Assembly (NCBI GenBank): GCA_038523235.1
Contig: JBCBJQ010000013.1
Span: 27,915 to 91,914, forward strand
Length of the DNA stretch: 64,000 bases
Direction: 5' to 3'
Origin: Cyanobacteria bacterium J06626_4
GTDB lineage: Bacteria; Cyanobacteriota; Cyanobacteriia; Phormidesmidales; Phormidesmidaceae
In this document: piece by piece, positions 43,099 to 52,742 of the stretch
Position numbering within the stretch: the stretch's first letter is position 1
Layout of the letters: the number at the start of each line of letters is the position of its first letter
Position numbers and translations under genes: made by a program
Notes under the pieces: generated by a model
What the model was told of the DNA's origin: nothing
Database searches by the model: none
The model's input: only the letters and a program-made list of their open reading frames with translations

Positions 43099-43836
43099 CT
43101 AGGCTGAATGATCGGTCACAGAGCGCTGGCGTAAAGTAAGACTCGGTAACACTACAGCGGTCACGCCACCATAGATCAGCCCACCCACTACGCCACAGAG
43201 GAGTATCTCCCCAACGGCCACATTACCGATGCCATCGCCCACACCATTCATCAGGGGCTTTGCGCCCAGCAGTTGCCATAAGAGACAAGCGCTGAGCCAA
43301 CCGAGCGATCGCCCGATCACACTGGCCACCAACCACCGGACTAGACCGCGCACCTGGTGAGCTAAGACCACCATCTGGCACAGCCCCACACTCAGGCCCA
43401 CGATCGCGCCACCAATTGCCAGAGAGAAAAGTTCAAACCAGGGGCTTGACCAATCAAGCCCAAAGATGATGAAGACCAGAGCGACTGACCCCAGCAACAC
43501 CCCTAGATAGCCCCCCAAAATACTGGCAAGAATCCATTGCCAAATTTTTAGTCTAGGCACTCTGGGTTGCAGCGCGATCGCTTGCAACGGCCCCACCACC
43601 ACCCCAACAACGTATCCCGCAAAATACTCTTCTCTAAAGTTCAACGCTCCATCGAGCAGAGGGCCGATTGAGAATAGTAGCGTGGGGGCGATGGCGAATC
43701 CTAATGCATTCACCCCTAACCAAGTCCGCAGAAATCGGGCGGAGAGTTGAGACCTGAATGAGGGGGCAGGCGCACCTGCAGTCGGGCCGGTAGGCAAATC
43801 ATGTCGATCAGATTGTTCAGGTTGCTCAGGACTCAT
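43099..43836 (-). CDS. Gly-rich polytopic membrane protein, paralog 1
   Basis: Shared motifs N.LGFAIA, GPLQAI.L, WQW.LA.ILG, IGRSLGWLSA, GGL.YG.VTA. Confidence 0.8.
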   Translation of the reverse strand: MSPEQPEQSDRHDLPTGPTAGAPAPSFRSQLSARFLRTWLGVNALGFAIAPTLLFSIGPLLDGALNFREEYFAGYVVGVVVGPLQAIALQPRVPRLKIWQWILASILGGYLGVLLGSVALVFIIFGLDWSSPWFELFSLAIGGAIVGLSVGLCQMVVLAHQVRGLVRWLVASVIGRSLGWLSACLLWQLLGAKPLMNGVGDGIGNVAVGEILLCGVVGGLIYGGVTAVVLPSLTLRQRSVTDHSA

Positions 43837-44102
43837 ACCGTTTCTCAATTGTGGAACGACTCGTACGCTTCGAGAAAGCCAGGCAGCTCATGGACAGGGG
43901 AGCTCAGTCTATCGCGGGGTCGTAGCGCAGCCGATTCATCAGAACTAGCGGCCGCCGCAGCGATCGCAGCACTATGGTGGCCGATTGCAGCCAGTTTGTG
44001 TGGGCAGAAATTAGACCTCAACGATGCCGCTTCAAGCCAAAGTTTGGGAGTATTCTCTGCTGTTGAGTGAGATGGCGGCAAAGCCAGCATGCAGGGTGTT
44101 GT

Positions 44103-44843
44103 TCAATTTGAAGGGTCGACAGCAGAACGCGGGTGCGGGTTCAAATGAGACAGTGCTTGAGCCGTCACCACCCCATAGACCAGCCCGCCGATCGCCCCAT
44201 AAATCAAGAACTCAACTACCGTTACATCGCTGGGAAGTTTACCGCCCAACAGGTTCCACACCAGCTGAGCGCTGAGCCAACCGAGCGATCGCCCGATCAC
44301 GCTGGCCACCCACCACCGGCGCCGACCTCGTACCCGTTTGCCTAAGACGAGAATCTGTACCAACCCGACACAGGCCCCCACAGCCGCGCCAAAAATCGCC
44401 AGAAAGACAAATCCCCCGGCCAGTTCATGGAAAGACAGATTGAGCACTGCTAAAACCACGTAAATCATCCAGAGCATGACTATCCATCCCAATCCCACCC
44501 CTAAATAGCTGCCTAAAATACCTGCAAGCATCCACTGCCACCCCTTCAGCTTTGGCAATTTGCGACGCAACACGATCGCTTGCAGCGGCCCTAAGACGAC
44601 ACCGACCACAAAGCCCGAAACATGAGACATGCTTGCCTGGGGTCGCTCAAACACGCTGGGAAGCCAAAAAACTGAGGCCATCAGCGCGATCGCGATGGCA
44701 AATCCGACGGTATTCACGACCAGCCAAGCCCCAATGATGGGGTTGAACAATATCGGCCCTGAAGGACGCGACCTGGGGTTAGAAGAAGCGGGTAAATCAG
44801 GCCGATCAGAGTGTTCAGGTTGCTCAGGACTCATTGGATTCAT
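44103..44843 (-). CDS. Gly-rich polytopic membrane protein, paralog 2
   Basis: Same motifs; start near MNPMSPEQ by alignment with paralogs. Confidence 0.8.
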   Translation of the reverse strand: MNPMSPEQPEHSDRPDLPASSNPRSRPSGPILFNPIIGAWLVVNTVGFAIAIALMASVFWLPSVFERPQASMSHVSGFVVGVVLGPLQAIVLRRKLPKLKGWQWMLAGILGSYLGVGLGWIVMLWMIYVVLAVLNLSFHELAGGFVFLAIFGAAVGACVGLVQILVLGKRVRGRRRWWVASVIGRSLGWLSAQLVWNLLGGKLPSDVTVVEFLIYGAIGGLVYGVVTAQALSHLNPHPRSAVDPSN

Positions 44844-44991
44844 CAGAAATATCAGCCACGATGACGCTATGGTGACCGCCGGAATTGTCTTGGCGCTTGC
44901 CGACACCAGGCAACCAGCATGCTGTTTCACACCAGAGTTGGGGCTCGTGGTCTGGTGAGCCACTAGAACGTCGAGAGTGCGGGGTGTTTTT

Positions 44992-45747
44992 CTAAGCTGG
45001 ATGATCGGTAATGGCTGAATGATCGACAATGGCAGCCGGAGCTGGCACCAGGTAGGGCAACGCTCGGGCTGTCACAGCACCATAAACCAGGCCACCGACA
45101 GCACCACAAAGTACAACAATGGGAAGGCTATTGGGGCTATTCAAGGGAGATAACGTTGTCCACTGGAGTGTCAACAGTAGCCATAGGAACTGAGCGCTTA
45201 ACCAACCTAGCGATCGCCCCAACACATTAGCGGCCCACCACCGACGGAGGCCGCGCACATAACGATCGATGACGAGCACTTGCCCCCAGCCCACACAGAT
45301 CCCAATAAAAGCGCCAAAGACCCCGATAGAAGCCCAATCAATAAAAGGGATGGGCCAATCCATGCCAACGACATAGAGCATGGCAATTAAGCCAAAAAAC
45401 GTGCCCAAATAACCACCCAGAATGCAGGCGAGGCTCCATTGCCAAACCTTTAGCTTTGAGATTTGGCGGCGTAGCACGATCGCTTGCAGTGGCCCCACGA
45501 TGGCTCCCACAAAGAACCCCGCAGCAAAGACTGCGCTTAAAGAAACCAGAAGGCCAATCAAGAAAAGTACCGTGCCAGCGATCGCAAACCCGAGCGTATT
45601 TGCCCTTAACCAAGACCCAAAAAGCTGACGGGAGACGGCAGGGTCTGATAAAGGCTCTGGGCGAGCAGGCACAGTGGACTCAGATATATTGGACTCATCG
45701 TCAGAGAGCCCCGATAAGTCAGGCCGGTCAGACTGCTCAGAATTCAT
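44992..45747 (-). CDS. Gly-rich polytopic membrane protein, paralog 3
   Basis: Same motifs; start at MNSEQSDRPDL by alignment. Confidence 0.8.
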   Translation of the reverse strand: MNSEQSDRPDLSGLSDDESNISESTVPARPEPLSDPAVSRQLFGSWLRANTLGFAIAGTVLFLIGLLVSLSAVFAAGFFVGAIVGPLQAIVLRRQISKLKVWQWSLACILGGYLGTFFGLIAMLYVVGMDWPIPFIDWASIGVFGAFIGICVGWGQVLVIDRYVRGLRRWWAANVLGRSLGWLSAQFLWLLLTLQWTTLSPLNSPNSLPIVVLCGAVGGLVYGAVTARALPYLVPAPAAIVDHSAITDHPA

Positions 45748-46079
45748 AGGATAGGTCAGAAACTTCAGCCACAGCGACTTCATCATGACCTGCCGAATTG
45801 CGTTTGTGCTGGCAGCAACCAGACAGCCATCATGCCGTTTCATGCCAGAGTTTTGCCTGGCTTGGTCTGTTGCGCCCCTGGAATAGCAGTCTGGCGCGCG
45901 ATCGCCAACCGCCCAGTCCCCTTGCCAGCTATTGGGGCATCAATCGACCCCTGATCTCGACAAGAGCGATAATATTGCCAACCAGTTAAACCGCCATCGT
46001 GCTATGCAACAGAATCAGCAAAATAAATCACACAACCCGAGATGCTGATTGCGCAGAATCAAACATCTGATGGATTTTG

Positions 46080-46895
46080 TCATTGAGGATGGCCGTTATC
46101 AGCGGCATGTTGTTGAGCTTGCGCCGTCAGGCGATCGCGCAGTTCACCCAATACCGTCAAGTCAACATCAAGATTAGATCGCCCCTCATATTGAAAGGGA
46201 TTGTCTAAATCACGAATCAGCTGCAGCAAATAGGCAAAGGCGGTGAACAGCAACGCCGAGACGACCAAATTTTGCATAAAAGACGTCGTCTTGATCAAAA
46301 TCAAAGTCAGCGCTGCCCCCACCAAGAAAATTTCGAGGAGCGCATAGGCCGGCTTCAAAAAATCAGTATCGCGAATTTGTCGAATGCGATTAATGAGTAG
46401 GCGAATCTTCGCTTGCTCGCCCTGGGCGCGGCTGACCACAGGCACATCCCCTGAAGCCAACAAATGCGAAAAGTGGCTGTTTAATTTTTCCAGCGCGGCT
46501 TCAATGGGTGCGGCTGACTGGCCTGCCTGTAGCCAAGCCAAAATCGCTTGAATGAGGTTTGTGAGTTCGACCGTGAGCGGCTGCGCATTGTAGTCAGCAT
46601 GGGTCTGAGCGGCTAGCTGATTGGCATCTTCGATCGCGGCGATCGCGTTAACAATCTCGATTGGGATATAAGCGCTCGTGGTGTAGTCTCGCAGGGTACC
46701 ACTCAGCATAAAGGCCACGATGAACGAAGCGGCCGCAAAAAGCGTGCCCGTGAGCGAGTCAAAAACCCAAAACTCCCAGTTGAGCTGATGAGTGGCAATT
46801 TTTGCTAGACCAAACAGCATTGTGAAGGGAAGAATGGTCAATAGCAGTCGCCATTTGCTTAAGAGGCTAGAAGCGGATGTAATGCCTTGTTTCAA
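46080..46895 (-). CDS. Four-TM membrane protein with bestrophin-like motif
   Basis: Two TM pairs flank a helical domain; LIRDLDNPF motif. Confidence 0.7.
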   Translation of the reverse strand: MKQGITSASSLLSKWRLLLTILPFTMLFGLAKIATHQLNWEFWVFDSLTGTLFAAASFIVAFMLSGTLRDYTTSAYIPIEIVNAIAAIEDANQLAAQTHADYNAQPLTVELTNLIQAILAWLQAGQSAAPIEAALEKLNSHFSHLLASGDVPVVSRAQGEQAKIRLLINRIRQIRDTDFLKPAYALLEIFLVGAALTLILIKTTSFMQNLVVSALLFTAFAYLLQLIRDLDNPFQYEGRSNLDVDLTVLGELRDRLTAQAQQHAADNGHPQ

Positions 46896-47380
46896 AACCG
46901 ACCAGTATGACTAAACACAACAACAGCATCCAAGCGATGATTCTGAGCGATCTCCTCATTTGTAGAATCTTTTTAGAGATGCTTTGATATCAAAACTGTT
47001 GCTTGTCAAACAGTCAGATATCAACCCAGTGCTCCCCAAAGAAAATGAGAGGAAATATCAAAAACCTGGTTGGATGCTGTTGCGTTTGATGAAATCGAGT
47101 CAGGTGTTAAATCGATATGTAACCTCCTATTTAACGTGGACTGATCTTTCGATTTGAAACCGGAGCTTTTGACTCCTTGCTAATAATATAGAACTCCGAT
47201 CTGATAAAGACAAAGCCTTTGAAACCAAACTTTATGATGAAGTTAATGAGTGTTGAAAGAATAGTCAGGGGCGTCATCAATCATCGGCACTGATGGCTGC
47301 CCAGTCGTCAGTGCTGGCTGGGCAGCCAAGGCTACCGGCGCACCCTGGTCGGGTGCTCTCACCCCCCAGCCAGCATCACC

Positions 47381-48544
47381 TCAAAGCGCTTTGATCGCAT
47401 CAATGATTTGACTATTGGCCTTAGGAAAGGGGAACGCTTCTAACTCCGAGACTTCGACCCAGCGGACTTCGTCACATTCAATCGGCTGTGGCTCGCCAGC
47501 AGTGTGACGGCAGTGAAACACATTGAGCGTCACTTTGAAATGAGTATAGGTATGGTTGATCGTCATGAGGCGATCGCCCACCTCGACCTCAATCGCTAAC
47601 TCTTCCTGCAATTCTCGGCGAATGCAATCTTCAACCGTTTCACCGGGCTCGATTTTGCCCCCCGGAAACTCCCACAGGCCACCGAGCAGCCCCTCTTGTA
47701 AACGGCGATCGATCAAAATTTGGCCTTGTTCGTTCCAGACAACACCCACACCAATTTGCTTGTGGGGCAGGGGGGCACGGGCTTCGGTCATGGGAATCTC
47801 CAACTGCACGTTTTGATTGTAAGCTGCGCAAGCCGATTGCCAGGGACACAGTAAGCAAGCCGGTCGGTGGCGGGTACACAGGGTGGCACCCAAGTCCATG
47901 AGAGCCTGGTTAAAGTCACGGGGATGATCGGCGGGCAAGAGCCTTTCTGACAAGAGCCAAAGCTGATTTAGGGTCTTGCTGGGTGGGGTGCGCAAGGCGA
48001 TTAAACGGGCCAGCACCCGCTTGACATTGCCGTCTAAGATGGCAACGGGCTGGTTAAATGCGGCGCTGAGAATCCCGCCGGCGGTCGTGCGGCCAATGCC
48101 GGGCAGGGCGATCGCCGCGTCAAAAGTTGAGGGAAACTGGCCATCATGGTTCGCGACGATCGCCTGAGCGGCTCGGTGCAGGTTGCGGGCGCGAGCATAA
48201 TAGCCCAACCCCTCCCAAGCCTTGAGCACCGTTTGCTGATCGGCTTGAGCTAATGCCGTGACGGTCGGAAGCTGTTGCAGCCAGCGCTCGTAGTAGGGCA
48301 AGACGGTTTTGACCTGGGTTTGCTGCAGCATGATCTCTGAGATCCAAATCGCGTAAGGATCGCGAGTTCGTCGCCAGGGCAAATCTCGCCCCTGCTGGGT
48401 ATACCAGGCCAGCAGCGCTTGCTGCAGTGATGCCACCCAGTTGCTCGATAAGGACTCAACAAAATCGCTCGGCAGCGCCTCTAAAGACGCCACCGAGCGA
48501 TCGCGGGGGTTATTTTTGGTTTGATGACTATCTGACTTCGTCAC
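47381..48544 (-). CDS. mutY: A/G-specific adenine glycosylase with C-terminal Nudix-like domain
   Basis: SEIMLQQTQV, GLGYYARARN, LPGIGRTTA, DGNVKRV, C-x6-C-x2-C-x5-C FeS motif, GLWEFPGGK. Confidence 0.96.
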   Translation of the reverse strand: MTKSDSHQTKNNPRDRSVASLEALPSDFVESLSSNWVASLQQALLAWYTQQGRDLPWRRTRDPYAIWISEIMLQQTQVKTVLPYYERWLQQLPTVTALAQADQQTVLKAWEGLGYYARARNLHRAAQAIVANHDGQFPSTFDAAIALPGIGRTTAGGILSAAFNQPVAILDGNVKRVLARLIALRTPPSKTLNQLWLLSERLLPADHPRDFNQALMDLGATLCTRHRPACLLCPWQSACAAYNQNVQLEIPMTEARAPLPHKQIGVGVVWNEQGQILIDRRLQEGLLGGLWEFPGGKIEPGETVEDCIRRELQEELAIEVEVGDRLMTINHTYTHFKVTLNVFHCRHTAGEPQPIECDEVRWVEVSELEAFPFPKANSQIIDAIKAL

Positions 48545-48580
48545 GACGGCGCGTTTCTGCAGGGGGCCACAGCAGACAGC

Positions 48581-48922
48581 CTACTCTGAATCGTGACCAG
48601 GGTCAGTCGTCATAATCGCTTCCTCAAAGGCTAAGCGCTGCTCGGCACCCTTGAGAAAATAACCGCTCATCATGGCCGAGGCCAACAGACGACCTAAATG
48701 CTCACGGCTAGTCGTGACTGAAATGTCAAAATGCTGCGCGGGTAAACCGCCGAGCAGACCCATGACGTTGTGCTCCATCGCCTGCATCACATCTGACGAG
48801 ACCGGACGCGAGAGCTGAGAGACCGTTTCCGGGCTCATCGACTGCACATATTCCAGAAGATCGTTACCACTCCCTTTTTGGCTTTCCCAAAAATCTGAAG
48901 TGTGGCCTGATGGGTTGTTCAC
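48581..48922 (-). CDS. DUF760 domain protein
   Basis: LLEYVQSMSPETV, GLLGGLP..F, LGRLLASAMMSGYFL..AEQR. Confidence 0.9.
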   Translation of the reverse strand: MNNPSGHTSDFWESQKGSGNDLLEYVQSMSPETVSQLSRPVSSDVMQAMEHNVMGLLGGLPAQHFDISVTTSREHLGRLLASAMMSGYFLKGAEQRLAFEEAIMTTDPGHDSE

Positions 48923-49339
48923 GTTTATTACCTCAATCGGCTAGCGAAAAACTAACTGCGAATACAAAAAGTATGCGAAAGCCTGTGCTTAACAGTTGGT
49001 TTCAATTTAACAAGCCCAATGCTGACAGTGGGTAAGTAGAACCGAACCTAATTAGGGCAGGTAACGCCACCGCTCAACCATCGATGCCTTACGGCTAGCC
49101 TTCCCGCTTGCGGGCATGAGGCGACAAAGGGGCCCAAAACTTGCCAACGCTAAAACCTCCCTTCAGAGGTTTATCGACCCATACCCTATGACGCGATCTT
49201 GCCTCTCCCAAAGACGCCGACTGTAGGGTGTCACCGCGCAGCAATGCCCCGAGTCCGGGTTGTTCTCAGAAAAACTTCACCGCTTGCGGGCTCTCTTTGA
49301 CCAGGAGAGGTTAAAGGGCATGCTGATTCCCTCCATATC

Positions 49340-49523
49340 AAGGCTGCCGCTCATACATGATTCATTCTTCAGTACACGCATTCGGTTTGATCCCCCTCAA
49401 TCCCCCTTTTCAAGGGGGAAACCCAAATTCGCATCAGATAGAGCCCCCTTTTGAAGGGGGCAGCGACAGCGGGGGATCTGCCATTTTCGCTGAGTTCTAG
49501 AGATGTGTATGAGCGGCAGCCTT
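49340..49523. mobile_element. MITE-like element with 18-bp perfect terminal inverted repeats and internal palindromes
   Basis: AAGGCTGCCGCTCATACA (49340-49357) / TGTATGAGCGGCAGCCTT (49506-49523); inside, GATCCCCC...GGGGGATC encloses two CCCCCTT-AAGGGGG hairpins. Confidence 0.65.
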
Positions 49524-49649
49524 ATAAAGGTGAGGCTTTATTTTCAGGAAATTTATCAGACGCCCAGCGACAGGTACCCTCCCTCAACGCTCAACCATTG
49601 CTAATGGCTGGTAGTTGCCACCTTAATCAAGAGAACCGATACAGCTTCC

Positions 49650-49892
49650 CTACCAAGTGGGATCAACGTAGAGATTAATGGTGAGTTCGCTTTGGCCCGG
49701 TGGCACAGCGCTGATACACGAGCAAATGGGATCTTCTCTACCTTCAATTTCGACTTCGCAGGCGTGGCAAGACCCCATCAAACAGCCAGTGGGAATCGTT
49801 ACCCCGGCGCGATCGGCCACAGCCAGCAAGGGCTCACCCACTTCGGCATCAACGGTGACATCATTGGGCACAAATCGAATCTTGACTGCCAT
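49650..49892 (-). CDS. Small 2Fe-2S ferredoxin-like protein
   Basis: GCLMGSCHACEV...ICSC, ends DPTW. Confidence 0.88.
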   Translation of the reverse strand: MAVKIRFVPNDVTVDAEVGEPLLAVADRAGVTIPTGCLMGSCHACEVEIEGREDPICSCISAVPPGQSELTINLYVDPTW

Positions 49893-49988
49893 GCCTCTAT
49901 GCGGCCTCACTCAACAAATCGGGCAAATTAAATTGGGATAACAACAGGCTAGCGCTTCACAGTGATCTTGCCGCCGACCTGAATTCGG

Positions 49989-50267
49989 TTACTCGCCCTG
50001 GGGCTGTTTCAGCATCTCGACCAGCACATGATGAGCTTCTTTAGCGCCACTGAGGGGATGGTCAAAGGTCACGCGCACAGGTACTTCGGCACCGTCTACG
50101 GCAGCCGTCAGGTTCATCCCCTCCGGATCAATAGAATCCATCTTGGCTGCTGTCGCCGACTCTGCCTGACCGTATACTTTGGCATACATCAACACGGCAT
50201 CAGCATGATCACCGTTCATATGCTTGCAAATGCGATCGCTCACCGCAGCAGTAATGGGCTCTGACAT
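49989..50267 (-). CDS. DUF2470 domain protein
   Basis: RICKHMNGDHADAV, IDPEGM, VTFDHPL, LVEM. Confidence 0.88.
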   Translation of the reverse strand: MSEPITAAVSDRICKHMNGDHADAVLMYAKVYGQAESATAAKMDSIDPEGMNLTAAVDGAEVPVRVTFDHPLSGAKEAHHVLVEMLKQPQGE

Positions 50268-50316
50268 GATAAATCTCTTAAACAGACGTTCACGAATGGA
50301 CATATTTGCTGTCTCG

Positions 50317-50748
50317 ATGATACCGCCTTTGCCCGATAACGCTGTGCATCCCTGGCCATCGGGTCACGTCTTCCAGAGTCCGGGCGCGCATTTGACCTAT
50401 CGCGTCGTCGGGCCTTGCTGTCGCCTCTACGATCGCGAACAACTGCCCTGGCCCTGTTGCCGTCTGCAGTGGCGCAGCAAAGAACCCAGCTGGCGGCGCA
50501 TTGGTCGCCGCTTTGTCGCTGATATGGCGACGCGTCGCTACCCCTCTTACAATGTCGAGATTCTCGGGCAAGGCTATCGCGGAGCGCCGTTTGTTACCAC
50601 GCTCTATACGGCGCGGCTGACCGTGGCTGAGCAAAACTGGTGGTGCACTAAGCGGCTCAATCAATCGCAGCCGCTGCCCACCACCGCTGACGAACCGCCC
50701 AGCGATGGCCAGACGGGATTGGTGGCAACGTCCGGTTCTACGGAATGA
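50317..50748 (+). CDS. Conserved hypothetical protein
   Basis: GPCCRLYDREQLPWPCCRLQWRSKEPSWRRIGRRF; start uncertain (50296 or 50317). Confidence 0.65.
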   Translation: MIPPLPDNAVHPWPSGHVFQSPGAHLTYRVVGPCCRLYDREQLPWPCCRLQWRSKEPSWRRIGRRFVADMATRRYPSYNVEILGQGYRGAPFVTTLYTARLTVAEQNWWCTKRLNQSQPLPTTADEPPSDGQTGLVATSGSTE

Positions 50749-50826
50749 CGCCGATCCGCATCGGATTATTGGGTGACCGGGTGAGAGCTGCTTTACGATT
50801 GCGTTGTAGCGATCGCCCTAAACTGT

Positions 50827-51366
50827 ATGTCCTCCGTTGTTTCCGTCAGCAAAAGCTCAACGCATGCTTTTTCTAAAGAACCCATCGCAGAGATCAGCTT
50901 AATTGTCGGGGAAGGGGTTGAGGGCGATGCCCACCGAGGAGTCACCGTCAAACATCGCTCTCGCGTCAAAGTTGATCCGACCCAGCCCAACCTGAGACAA
51001 GTCCATTTAATCCACCAGGAACTCTTCGACGAGTTGCGGCCCAAGGGATTCGAGGTGAGTCCCGGCGCGATGGGAGAAAACATCACCACTCAAGGCATCG
51101 ACCTGCTGTCGTTACCCCGGCATACCCTCCTCAAGATTGGCCCCTCGGCCCAACTCCAAGTAACCGGTTTGAGAAACCCCTGTGCTCAGTTAAACGATTA
51201 TCAAGCCGGGCTGATGTCGGCCCTCATTGACCAAGACTCTGACGGCAACCTGATCAGAAAAGCGGGCGTGATGGCGATCGTCGTCACCAGCGGCAAAGTA
51301 AAGCCCCAGGATGCGATCGCAGTTGTGCTGCCTGCAATGCCCTACCAAAAGCTGGAACGGGTTTGA
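50827..51366 (+). CDS. MOSC domain protein
   Basis: GVEGDAH, RQVHLI, GENITT, TGLRNPC, RKAGVM. Confidence 0.9.
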   Translation: MSSVVSVSKSSTHAFSKEPIAEISLIVGEGVEGDAHRGVTVKHRSRVKVDPTQPNLRQVHLIHQELFDELRPKGFEVSPGAMGENITTQGIDLLSLPRHTLLKIGPSAQLQVTGLRNPCAQLNDYQAGLMSALIDQDSDGNLIRKAGVMAIVVTSGKVKPQDAIAVVLPAMPYQKLERV

Positions 51367-51410
51367 GGTAAGCCCGTCATTGTCGATGGGCAGTGGCTGA
51401 GTTGTGTCCC

Positions 51411-52580
51411 CTACTGCTCGACCACCAACCGCGAGAGGCTCGTCCCCGGATAGTAAACTCCTAAGATTTGTTCATAGCCATAGCCCTGCACCGCATGGTC
51501 TTTGGCCCCGTGCTGACTCATGCCCTGGCCGCCGTGGGCCTCTTGCACAATCTGGTCAGAGGCCGCATACAGCGATTCCACAATGCCGCCGTTGTAACTG
51601 ATGAACTCGCCCGCCGTCTCAACTACAGCGAGCTGAGTATTGGTGGTCTCTAAGTTGATACCCTTATAGGCTTGAAAGCGCTGCGTATTGTCGAGGTCAA
51701 AGTAATCGCTGGCGGGCCGCACGTGGTGAGTCAACGCGTAAGACCGGGCCGCCACCGCTTGTGCCTTAAGCGCTTCTAACGGCCAGTGGTGATACATTTC
51801 GCTGCCCACCACGCTGGAGAGATAGTCACCCAAGCGAACGAAATTGACCGCAATCAGCTGACCACCGTCGTTGTAGAGCAGCACCCGGCCCTTAAACCAG
51901 CCATTTTTAACAAATACGTAGCCGCCCGGCTCCGCCTCTAACCAGACCGCACCCGACAGTTGGCACCCGTCAAAACTAATGCCCGAGGCCGTGGGAGAGG
52001 CCGTCAGACTGGTTTGGGCCGGAATGTCACAGTGGGCCGTGCCGTCGGTATCAATTACCCAACCGAGAGAACTCGATCCCACCGTCAGCGTTGATACATT
52101 GCGCGCCACCGCGACCCGCATTTCTAGCACGTTGTCGATGACGTCTTCGCCGAGTGCTACGGCGGGCGCTGCTACCTGGGGCTGTGCCTGGGCCGTACTA
52201 GAAGTTGCGGCATCAGTCGGCGTCGCCGGGGCTGCCGCGTCCGTCGTGGTCACATCCGGCGGCGCTGCGTCAGCTTCCGGGGAGGCCGTTGCGGTTTGCT
52301 GCGATCGCTCCAGACGATAGAGATCCACCACCGTTTGCCGCACCAGACCGGTGCTGCGCCAGAGGCTTTCTTGCCAGGGCTGTGATGTACCCTCACCAAA
52401 GGCTAGCGGCACCATCGATAGCACCAGTGCCCCCGAAAATAACCCGCCGCTGGCCAGCATTAGCTGCCGCCGCCCTAACTTAGGCCGCCAGCTAGATAGA
52501 TGCTGAATTCGCTGCCACTCTTGTTGAAACTGCAACGCCATTGCTGCCTGCCAACGATTACAACTGCTGTCATTCGACAT
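51411..52580 (-). CDS. SpoIID/LytB domain protein
   Basis: YLSSVVGSEM, EALKAQAVAARSYAL, HGGQGMSQHGA, ILGVYYPG. Confidence 0.92.
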   Translation of the reverse strand: MSNDSSCNRWQAAMALQFQQEWQRIQHLSSWRPKLGRRQLMLASGGLFSGALVLSMVPLAFGEGTSQPWQESLWRSTGLVRQTVVDLYRLERSQQTATASPEADAAPPDVTTTDAAAPATPTDAATSSTAQAQPQVAAPAVALGEDVIDNVLEMRVAVARNVSTLTVGSSSLGWVIDTDGTAHCDIPAQTSLTASPTASGISFDGCQLSGAVWLEAEPGGYVFVKNGWFKGRVLLYNDGGQLIAVNFVRLGDYLSSVVGSEMYHHWPLEALKAQAVAARSYALTHHVRPASDYFDLDNTQRFQAYKGINLETTNTQLAVVETAGEFISYNGGIVESLYAASDQIVQEAHGGQGMSQHGAKDHAVQGYGYEQILGVYYPGTSLSRLVVEQ

Positions 52581-52742
52581 CCTGTATTCTGGCTCAATTT
52601 AATCGCATTGTGGCAGAACTGACCATTTCTCATGATCCCAATCACTATGTTCACCAGGTAGTAATAGAATGTTGCCGGTTATCAGCTCTGTACTGAAGAT
52701 TGAGATTGTTCACCTAAGCCAGCAGGAGATCTGGGAAGTCGT

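Noticed and set aside
44844..45029. Long N-terminal extensions of paralogs 2 and 3
   Set aside because: Paralog 1 aligns from MSPEQ, and the extension of paralog 2 overlaps the upstream gene; treated as duplicated leader DNA
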